From an uncultured virus (IMG/VR IMGVR_UViG_3300027708_001828) (Duplodnaviria > Heunggongvirae > Uroviricota > Caudoviricetes), in IMG/VR virus record IMGVR_UViG_3300027708_001828: 20,000 nt of DNA. One strand, 5' to 3'. The notes beneath the pieces were generated by a model. That model was not told the DNA's origin. It did not search any database and worked only from the letters and a program-made list of their open reading frames with translations. Shown here piece after piece: positions 1 to 19,734 of the stretch (position 1 is the stretch's first letter; every line of letters begins with the position of its first letter). The position numbers and the translations under genes are program-made.

Positions 1-640
1 CTGTACCAGTTGTGCCGGGCAATGTTATTGTTGTTGAATCAGTGCCAGCTAAGGTAATTGTGTTTTGCACTGCAAATGTTTTAAGATTGGTCAGTGTAAA
101 TGTACCTGTACTAGATGTAATTGTTAGTCCGTTCAAACTGGTAGCAGTTGCAACACCTAATGTAGGAGTTACTAGCGAAGGACTTGTTCCAAATACTACG
201 TTACCTGTTCCGGTAACACCGGTTGATGTTATTCCATCTAGAGAAAATGTACCGGCTGCACCTAGCACCAAGTTGTTTACATTAAGTGTACCAGTTCCCG
301 GATTATAACTCAACGGAGTAGTTGTGCTTTCATAGTAGAGTGTACTACTAGTATAGGTGCCTGTAGCAGGATTAAATGTTCCAGGTGCTGTGGTGAACAC
401 AGGGTAATAAGTACCAGCTGAGTTCTGTGCTGTAATCGTTGTTAGTGCGCCTGTACCGTTACCAGTGTTTGTAATGGTGATTTTACGGTTTGCAGTATCT
501 GAAGTAAGCGTAATACCGAACCCGCCCACTATGGTAAGTGTACCGCCCACGCCGGGTGCTGTTAATGTTCCGTCAACTTCCCCTGCGTTTGTGCCGCTGG
601 TTGCGACATAACGGAAAGCATCTGCAATGGCTACTGACAT
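1..640 (-). CDS. Phage structural/tail-fibre-like protein, 5' part only (runs off the left edge; not in the ORF track)
   Basis: Manual translation from ATG at 640-638 is open to base 1: MSVAIADAFRYVATSGTNAGEVDG...TGTGNVVFGTSPSLVTPTLGVATATSLNGLTIT...TITLPGTTGT. It is Thr/Gly-rich like fibre shafts. An SD-like AAAGAGGA and a minus-strand TAAATA (661-666) lie upstream. Confidence 0.85.
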   Translation of the reverse strand, partial: MSVAIADAFRYVATSGTNAGEVDGTLTAPGVGGTLTIVGGFGITLTSDTANRKITITNTGNGTGALTTITAQNSAGTYYPVFTTAPGTFNPATGTYTSSTLYYESTTTPLSYNPGTGTLNVNNLVLGAAGTFSLDGITSTGVTGTGNVVFGTSPSLVTPTLGVATATSLNGLTITSSTGTFTLTNLKTFAVQNTITLAGTDSTTITLPGTTGT

Positions 641-660
641 AAAAAGTCCTCTTTATATGA

Positions 661-691
661 TATTTAGTGTAATTTGGGCTTAAGATAAATA
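661..691. promoter_or_regulatory. Divergent pair of T4-type late-promoter motifs (TAAATA at 666-661 on -, 686-691 on +)
   Basis: Each motif lies about 20 nt upstream of one of the two divergent start codons (640 and 710). TAAATA is the core of the T4 gp55 consensus TATAAATA. Confidence 0.7.
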
Positions 692-709
692 CTTGAAAGA
701 GAACCCTAT

Positions 710-2161
710 ATGGCCCAACTATTAAATGTAACAGAAGACGGCACCGTCATAATGGACAAAGTAGCCCTGAAATACACATCAGGGAGCATAATCCATTCTG
801 GAAGTCTTGAAGTAATCAACTCTGTACAGATCGACAACAATCTAGTTGTTGCTGGAACCATCACGGCCGACACGTTCAATGTTAAGAATTTAATCACAGA
901 AAACGGCAGTCTAGCATCTGTAGGCAATTGGATTTACAACTCAGAAGCTGAACTAAACGGCAAAGGTTTTACCTGGAGCTGGGGTACTGGACAAACACAA
1001 CTGGTGTATCGTTCGGGTAGCAGAATTTGGGCCAACGCTAGTTTTGACATCACAGCAGAATCCAGTTACCGTATTGACAACATTGCTGTGCTTACCAGTA
1101 ACAGTTTGGGTGCCACTATTACCAACAGTAGCCTGACCAGTATAGGCACTCTAAATTCACTTGCAGTGTCCGGCAGTAGCACATTTGCAGACTTTGTTTA
1201 CATTGACAGCGACAGTAATAGAATTGGTATAGGCACACCCGAGCCCAACAGTTCGCTCAGTATTTTAGACAACAACGTGGAACTCACTATAGGCAGTCCG
1301 CAGATCAGTCTAGGTGCCATTGGTACACACAGCAGTCACGATCTTGCTATTGTTACAGACAATATTCCACGTATCACAGTCAAGAATATGGGCGAAGTGC
1401 AGATAGGCAACGCTCAAAGCAACGGTGCTGTGCTACGTGTTTACGGTACTATCTATGCTGATCGTATCGAATCAGCTGGCAGCACAGGCATACCAAAAAG
1501 CGTAGAATTCGTATCCACGCAAGAATCCAGTATGTTTGGTACAGGTCTAGTATGGACCAGTGGTGCTTTATCACATCAGTTGGTCATGATGGATCATCCT
1601 CGCAGACTTTGGACTACAGAAAACTTTGATCTTGACAAAGATCGCTCGTATCATATCAACGGTGAAGTGGCCCTTAGCGCCGGCACCCTGGGATCATCTA
1701 TCACTATCAGCAATTTGACCAAATTAGGCATACTGAGTGATCTGCACGTGAGCGGTCCTGCAGTGGTAAAATCAATCACAGCTGGATCTCTAACAGTGGA
1801 TAACACAGTGTATGGATCCGGTGGCTTCTCATATGAAGGACAACCAGTGATCACAGCCTATGGCAATCAAACTATCATAGGCAATAGAGATGTACAAACT
1901 GCTCCGGTCAAGATATTTGGACCGTTGAGCGTGAATGTAAACAATCCAGAACCGGGTGTACAGTTCAGCGTCAACGGTGATGTCAGTATCGGCGGCAAAA
2001 AGTTTACCAATGGTATAGGTGTTCCAAGTAGTGGTACATTTACACAGGGCGACATTTGCTGGAACATAGGACCGCAGCCAGGCGGATATGCGGGTTGGAT
2101 TTGTACAGCCAGTGGAACCCCAGGAGCATGGGCGCCGTTTGGATTGATTGCTAGCCAATAG
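710..2161 (+). CDS. Phage structural/tail-fibre-like protein (483 aa) with an internal ~73-aa duplication
   Basis: Contains fibre-type motifs RIGIGTPEP and SSLTSIGTLNSLAVSG, and a C-terminal PSSGTFTQGDICWN..P.PGGYAGWICT..GTPGAWAPFG module of the kind seen at the ends of phage tail proteins. A late-promoter motif is upstream. Confidence 0.7.
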   Translation: MAQLLNVTEDGTVIMDKVALKYTSGSIIHSGSLEVINSVQIDNNLVVAGTITADTFNVKNLITENGSLASVGNWIYNSEAELNGKGFTWSWGTGQTQLVYRSGSRIWANASFDITAESSYRIDNIAVLTSNSLGATITNSSLTSIGTLNSLAVSGSSTFADFVYIDSDSNRIGIGTPEPNSSLSILDNNVELTIGSPQISLGAIGTHSSHDLAIVTDNIPRITVKNMGEVQIGNAQSNGAVLRVYGTIYADRIESAGSTGIPKSVEFVSTQESSMFGTGLVWTSGALSHQLVMMDHPRRLWTTENFDLDKDRSYHINGEVALSAGTLGSSITISNLTKLGILSDLHVSGPAVVKSITAGSLTVDNTVYGSGGFSYEGQPVITAYGNQTIIGNRDVQTAPVKIFGPLSVNVNNPEPGVQFSVNGDVSIGGKKFTNGIGVPSSGTFTQGDICWNIGPQPGGYAGWICTASGTPGAWAPFGLIASQ

Positions 2162-2163
2162 AG

Positions 2164-2191
2164 TTGACCTTTACAGTTAAATCTGTATAAT
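2164..2191 (+). promoter_or_regulatory. Sigma70-type promoter for the queD-like / membrane protein / uvsE operon
   Basis: TTGACC (2164-2169), 16-nt spacer, perfect TATAAT (2186-2191), in the intergenic gap. Predicted +1 is near 2197-2199. Confidence 0.8.
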
Positions 2192-2195
2192 TACT

Positions 2196-2246
2196 ATATG
2201 CGGACTTAGGCATTCATCCCGCAATATAAACTCTGCATGCCATTGC
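2196..2246 (+). ncRNA. Candidate cis-regulatory pseudoknot RNA (preQ1-I-riboswitch-like) in the queD 5' leader
   Basis: P1 is TGCGG (2199-2203) with CCGCA (2219-2223). Loop GGCAT (2209-2213) can pair with ATGCC (2237-2241). The linker ATATAAACTCTGC starts A-rich. SD AAGGAG follows at 2253-2258. Confidence 0.55.
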
Positions 2247-2264
2247 TTAATCAAGGAGATTACA

Positions 2265-2750
2265 ATGGCAAAATTTTACTCAACAAAAACTTACGGAAAC
2301 GACCGCGGCTTATCATGCTGTTTTAGACAATGGCGTGCCACACACAGCCACTGCTCGACACTACATGGTTACTCAATCGGCATCAAGCTAATCTTTGAAT
2401 GCGATACACTAGATGACAAAAACTGGTGTATGGACTTTGGTGGGCTTAAAGAATTTAAAGCGTGGGCAGACTATATGTTTGATCACACGTTAGTAATCGC
2501 AGAAGATGATCCTCACTTAGAAACATTCCAAAAACTAAATGCAATTAAGGGCGGTTTTGAAGACAGCGGAATATGTGATCTACGCATTGTGCCCGGAGTA
2601 GGCTGTGAAATGTTTGCTAAAATAGCCTACGATAAAATGGCTGAACTTTTGGCAAGTGGTGATATGCGTTATCCAATTAATCCAACAGTAAGAATCAAAT
2701 CGGTCGAGGTGTTCGAACATGGCGCAAATTCGGCTACCTACGAAGGTTGA
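2265..2750 (+). CDS. queD: 6-pyruvoyl-tetrahydropterin synthase / QueD-family protein (non-canonical HGY variant)
   Basis: Motifs HCSTLHGY, MDFGGLK, FDHTLVIAEDDP, GCEMFA and C-terminal VEVFEHGANSATY fit the PTPS/QueD family. Strong SD AAGGAG. Confidence 0.85.
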   Translation: MAKFYSTKTYGNDRGLSCCFRQWRATHSHCSTLHGYSIGIKLIFECDTLDDKNWCMDFGGLKEFKAWADYMFDHTLVIAEDDPHLETFQKLNAIKGGFEDSGICDLRIVPGVGCEMFAKIAYDKMAELLASGDMRYPINPTVRIKSVEVFEHGANSATYEG

Positions 2751-2964
2751 TTTTTATATTGAGTGGCTCGCTACTGTATCATTTTTATGTTCAGTGGCGT
2801 TGACCTCTCTTAACTACTATCCAACTTATCTATATATCAGTCTATTAACCAATGTACTTTGGTTAATAGTAGGTATTATCTGGCGCAAATGGTCGCTCAT
2901 AACAGTTGAATTTGTCGTCTGTTTCATGTATACTATAGGTATTATAAACTACTGGCTACACTAA
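2719..2964 (+). CDS. Small integral membrane protein (81 aa, about 3 TM helices)
   Basis: Three hydrophobic segments with a W..T....LTS.N.YP......W...G..W...SLI pattern. SD-like GAGGTG upstream. Overlaps the queD end by 32 nt and is coupled to uvsE by TAATG. Confidence 0.7.
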   Translation: MAQIRLPTKVDFYIEWLATVSFLCSVALTSLNYYPTYLYISLLTNVLWLIVGIIWRKWSLITVEFVVCFMYTIGIINYWLH

Positions 2965-3989
2965 TGAAACGTCTCGGCTTTGCCTGCAAGTGGATCGATC
3001 GTCCAGATCAAGTGGACGGTATCAGTCCAAAAGACGATGCAAAAAAATACAACACTGGTTCGACTACAGTTTCTTGGTTAAATAGACAATCGAGAGATCA
3101 AGCGGAACAAAAGTTATGGGACCTAATGGTAGGCAATATCGAGGCAACTCGAAAGTTGGTAGAACGTGTCAGCACACTTGACCCTCATCTTAGGATGGTT
3201 AGGATTAGCAGTGACATTCTCCCTGTTTATACTCACGCTGACTTTGCTGATTATTGGCGTAAACCTGACGTGGTTTCATACGCCGAAACCGCGTTTAAAA
3301 GAGTGGGCGATCTTGCTCGCAATAGCAATGTTCGGTTGTCTATGCATCCTGGGCAGTTTACTGTCCTGGCAAGCGATAACCCAGGCATTGTCGAACGCTC
3401 AATCGCAGAGTTCGAATATCACACAGACATGGCCCGCTGGATGGGCTATGGAAAGTCGTTTCAAGACTTTAAAATCAATGTACACATATCAGGTAAACAA
3501 GGTCCCGAAGGTATCAGACGAGCCTACGGAAAACTAACACCCGAAGCTCGAAACTGTATTACAATCGAAAACGAAGAAAACTCATGGGGGCTAGATGATT
3601 GTCTCACTATTAGCGATATTATACCTATTGTTCTTGACGTTCATCATTTTTGGATTCGAGAAGGAAGTTACTTAGATCCTAGCGATATCCGAGTTACACG
3701 GGTTGTTGACAGCTGGCGCGGCCTTCGTCCTACTATGCATTACTCCATATCAAGAGAAGACTATCTTGTTGGACACGATCCAATGGTTCCACCAGACCAT
3801 AAACAGCTTCTTTTAGACGGTTACAAAAAGCAAAAGCTCAGAGCCCACTCTGACTTTTATTGGAATACAAAAGTTAGTGAATGGGCCTTGAGCTTTTTAG
3901 AAACACACGATATTATGTGCGAATCTAAGGGTAAGAACTTGGCTAGCTTTGCTCTATACGAGCAAGCTAAACTACTTAAACTGCTTTAG
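2964..3989 (+). CDS. uvsE: UV-damage endonuclease (UvsE/UVDE family)
   Basis: Family motifs RLGFAC, RISSDILP, RLSMHPGQFTVLAS, NVHISG, IENEE, LDVHH, MHYS, AHSD and DIMCESKGKNLA. Confidence 0.93.
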   Translation: MKRLGFACKWIDRPDQVDGISPKDDAKKYNTGSTTVSWLNRQSRDQAEQKLWDLMVGNIEATRKLVERVSTLDPHLRMVRISSDILPVYTHADFADYWRKPDVVSYAETAFKRVGDLARNSNVRLSMHPGQFTVLASDNPGIVERSIAEFEYHTDMARWMGYGKSFQDFKINVHISGKQGPEGIRRAYGKLTPEARNCITIENEENSWGLDDCLTISDIIPIVLDVHHFWIREGSYLDPSDIRVTRVVDSWRGLRPTMHYSISREDYLVGHDPMVPPDHKQLLLDGYKKQKLRAHSDFYWNTKVSEWALSFLETHDIMCESKGKNLASFALYEQAKLLKLL

Positions 3990-4191
3990 GCTTACGTGGA
4001 GCACGTGGCTTTTTAACAGCTGGTGCTTTCTTAGCCGCTGGCTTTTTCTTAGCTGGTGCCATAGATTCTACAACTGCTTGTGTAGCTTGTTCAGCAACTG
4101 CTGTAGGTGCAGGAGTTTCCACTTTATAAGGAACTTCTGCTTCTACTGCTTTAGGCTTAATACCAAATAGTTTTTTAATGTGATGTAACAT
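3976..4191 (-). CDS. Small basic protein (71 aa) with a Lys/Ala/Pro-rich, histone-H1-like tail
   Basis: Start reassigned to the ATG at 4191 (MLHHIKKLFG), which has SD TAGGAG and an upstream TATAAATA. The C-terminus is PAKKKPAAKKAPAVKKPRAPRKPKAV. Confidence 0.75.
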   Translation of the reverse strand: MLHHIKKLFGIKPKAVEAEVPYKVETPAPTAVAEQATQAVVESMAPAKKKPAAKKAPAVKKPRAPRKPKAV

Positions 4192-4211
4192 AGTTAAATC
4201 TCCTAGTCCAA

Positions 4212-4226
4212 TATTTATAATAAATA
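4212..4226. promoter_or_regulatory. Back-to-back late promoters: TATAAATA on - (4219-4212) and TAAATA on + (4221-4226)
   Basis: Perfect T4 late consensus facing the basic-protein gene, and a TAAATA 5 nt before the SOD ATG. Confidence 0.75.
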
Positions 4227-4231
4227 TCATT

Positions 4232-4792
4232 ATGTATAACTTTATTAGGTACGTTAGTTTAAATGAGGGCTACTCTCCCAAAACATTGGAGCAATCTCCC
4301 TTGCCATACGCCAAGGATGATTTAGAGCCAGTCAAAAGTGAAGATACTATAAACTATCATTATGGAACACTGTACAAAGGATATGTAGATCGCTACAACA
4401 AAGGTGAAGGAGATCCCGACTTCAACGAAGCAGGTGCTTTTTTACATGACATTTATTTCAAACAGTTTCATAAACCCACAGGTAACAATCATCCCGATCA
4501 CATAGCTTTGAATTTTATCAACAAACACTTTAAGACTTTTGAAAATTTCCGAGACAAAGTGCAAAAGTCAGCTATGGGTATACAGGGGTCTGGTTGGGTA
4601 TACCTGGCTCGTGATGGGTCAATCAAAACTATCAAGAATCATGAGATTCGAATGGATATCATACTGCTGATTGACTGGTGGGAACATGCTTGGGCTTTGG
4701 ATTATCAAGCTGACAAAAAAGCCTACTTGCGAAACATCTACAAAATAATCAACTGGAATGTGATTGGCTCTAGAGTTGGTCGAGTGTCTTAA
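4232..4792 (+). CDS. sod: Fe/Mn superoxide dismutase
   Basis: Motifs LPY...LEP, YHYG..YKGYV, AFLHDIYF, GSGWVYL and DWWEHAWALDY. All four metal ligands (H, H, D, H) are recognisable. Confidence 0.9.
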   Translation: MYNFIRYVSLNEGYSPKTLEQSPLPYAKDDLEPVKSEDTINYHYGTLYKGYVDRYNKGEGDPDFNEAGAFLHDIYFKQFHKPTGNNHPDHIALNFINKHFKTFENFRDKVQKSAMGIQGSGWVYLARDGSIKTIKNHEIRMDIILLIDWWEHAWALDYQADKKAYLRNIYKIINWNVIGSRVGRVS

Positions 4793-5057
4793 GACTGCTG
4801 GCCGGCATTGACCATACTTTTCTAGCTTCCACGCCCTTGAGCTGGGCAAACTTTTTAGCGTCACAATCACCACACACATGGTATACATTGTTGCTTAGTC
4901 GCTTGGGATCCATTGATCCCCTATCTCGTGTAAACACTTCCTGACAACAGTCGCATCTGAACACAAGTACTTGCTTTTCTCGCACATAGGTGTGAGTAAA
5001 TCCCCGATTACTGGTTCTTACATAGTGGTTTTGTCGCTGTTCTGTTCTGATATACAT
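4770..5057 (-). CDS. Hypothetical basic Zn-ribbon protein (95 aa)
   Basis: CDCC...CGDC cysteine pairs and Arg/Lys-rich sequence. Start reassigned to the ATG at 5057 (MYIRTEQ) because the longer ORF runs across the promoters and into erpA. Confidence 0.7.
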   Translation of the reverse strand: MYIRTEQRQNHYVRTSNRGFTHTYVREKQVLVFRCDCCQEVFTRDRGSMDPKRLSNNVYHVCGDCDAKKFAQLKGVEARKVWSMPASSLKTLDQL

Positions 5058-5098
5058 TAATGTATTTACATTAAGGTTATAAAATTCTATGCTAAATA
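5052..5098. promoter_or_regulatory. Divergent TAAATA promoters (5068-5063 on -, 5093-5098 on +) with overlapping palindromes
   Basis: The motifs face the Zn-ribbon gene and erpA. Palindrome ATACATTAATGTAT at 5052-5065 and inverted repeat TTAATGTA-TT-TACATTAA at 5057-5074. Confidence 0.65.
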
Positions 5099-5115
5099 TT
5101 ACAACAAGGGACAAC

Positions 5116-5439
5116 ATGATCACTATTTCTGCTTCGGCCAAGACTAAAATTAAAGATTTGATCTACGAAGAGGGCAATCCTAACCTAGCACTGCGTACAT
5201 TTGTACAGGGCGGCGGGTGTAGCGGATTCAGCTATGGCTTCACATTCGATGAAATAGCAAATGAAGATGATTTTACAATTCCCTTAGACGAATTTCGAGT
5301 ACTTGTAGATGCAATGAGTATGCAGTATCTTACAGGTGCAGAGATAGATTATAAAGAAGATTTACAGGGCAGTTCATTCAGCATAAAGAATCCCAACGCA
5401 CAAACAACATGCGGTTGCGGTTCTAGCTTTGGAGTTTAA
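5116..5439 (+). CDS. erpA: A-type Fe-S cluster carrier (ErpA/IscA/HesB family), 107 aa
   Basis: Motifs [26 protein letters not shown] and [14 protein letters not shown] with the three conserved Cys. Start at 5116 (MITIS) after SD AAGGGA. Confidence 0.92.
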   Translation: MITISASAKTKIKDLIYEEGNPNLALRTFVQGGGCSGFSYGFTFDEIANEDDFTIPLDEFRVLVDAMSMQYLTGAEIDYKEDLQGSSFSIKNPNAQTTCGCGSSFGV

Positions 5440-5442
5440 TAA

Positions 5443-18948
<13,506 letters not shown>

Positions 18949-18950
18949 GG

Positions 18951-18956
18951 TAAATA
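18951..18956 (+). promoter_or_regulatory. TAAATA late-promoter motif
   Basis: Intergenic, 17 nt upstream of the ATG at 18974, similar in geometry to 686-691 and 5093-5098. Confidence 0.65.
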
Positions 18957-18973
18957 CTAAAAGAGAGTCTACT

Positions 18974-19723
18974 ATGACAGCACCATTACAAATTAATATC
19001 GGATCATACGCAAACGACGGCACAGGCGATGATTTGCGCAGTGCTTTTACCAAGGTAAATGCTAATTTTCTTGCTATCAGTCAAAGTGTAGGAATAACCG
19101 GTGTTACTAATCTGGGCACTGGCACTGGTATTTTCAAAGACATACTTAACAATAATGCAGAGTTAAAAACACTAACCAGCACAGGAAATACTGTGGTCTT
19201 GACCGGTACAGCCACAACTGTAAACCTAGAAGCCAAGACTATATTATCTAGCGATACTACACCGTCGCTGAGTGCAAATTTGAATTTAAACAATTACAAA
19301 ATCACCGGTGGCGATGCACAAACCACAGTGTATGGATATGATCAACGTATAAGCGAAAATTTACTATCATTACTGTTAAACACAAACAATCTCACAGTAG
19401 ACATGGGTACTATCGCCGCACCCACTGGATTTGAAACAAATGCCAAAGGATACTCTTGGGATTTCGGGGCAAATTTTATAACCAATAATAATCACATAAA
19501 CTTTGGAACTATTGCCGGTACTACACTAATTCAAGATGGACAAGACCATCAAGTGACACTGAGTGGGAATTTGGTTACTTCAGGCGGCTACAATTTGAAT
19601 TTAAATCTCATAGGAAACAGTTCAGTAACATTGCCAGCCAGTGGCACCATATTATCAACTACCAGCCCAGCTGTTAGTTCACTAAGAGCACTGTCTGTGG
19701 CAATGGCTGCGGCCTTGGGTTAA
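18974..19723 (+). CDS. Structural protein (249 aa) with a gp9/gp10-like N-terminal motif
   Basis: Start reassigned to 18974 (MTAPLQINIGSYANDGTGDDLRSAFTKVNANF). Contains fibre motif DTTPSLSANLNLN and ends in VAMAAALG. Confidence 0.8.
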   Translation: MTAPLQINIGSYANDGTGDDLRSAFTKVNANFLAISQSVGITGVTNLGTGTGIFKDILNNNAELKTLTSTGNTVVLTGTATTVNLEAKTILSSDTTPSLSANLNLNNYKITGGDAQTTVYGYDQRISENLLSLLLNTNNLTVDMGTIAAPTGFETNAKGYSWDFGANFITNNNHINFGTIAGTTLIQDGQDHQVTLSGNLVTSGGYNLNLNLIGNSSVTLPASGTILSTTSPAVSSLRALSVAMAAALG

Positions 19724-19724
19724 C
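19695..19724 (+). repeat. 30-nt direct repeat, copy 2 (3' end of the 249-aa gene)
   Basis: CTGTGGCAATGGCTGCGGCCTTGGGTTAAC. Confidence 0.9.
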
Positions 19725-19734
19725 TAAAAATATT

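Noticed and set aside
12..308. 98-aa plus-strand ORF
   Set aside because: Antisense shadow of the minus-strand gene at 1-640. Its Val/Pro richness mirrors Thr/Gly codons on the other strand.
2161..2264. tRNA or intrinsic terminator in the queD leader
   Set aside because: No cloverleaf or T-loop motif, and the stem is followed by an A-rich tract rather than a U-tract.
3166..3537. 123-aa hydrophobic ORF in an alternate frame within uvsE
   Set aside because: It lies wholly within the well-conserved uvsE core and has no convincing SD. Hydrophobic off-frame ORFs are common in AT-rich genes. Not formally excluded.
4192..5141. Upstream start codons given by the ORF track (4230, 5141, 5089; also 18887)
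   Set aside because: These extensions cross promoter motifs or neighbouring genes. Downstream ATGs fit SD or promoter spacing and family N-termini better.
19724..19734. CTAAAAATATT before the last gene as a late promoter
   Set aside because: It does not match TAAATA and is too close to the ATG compared with the other cases. Read-through from 18951 is the simpler explanation.
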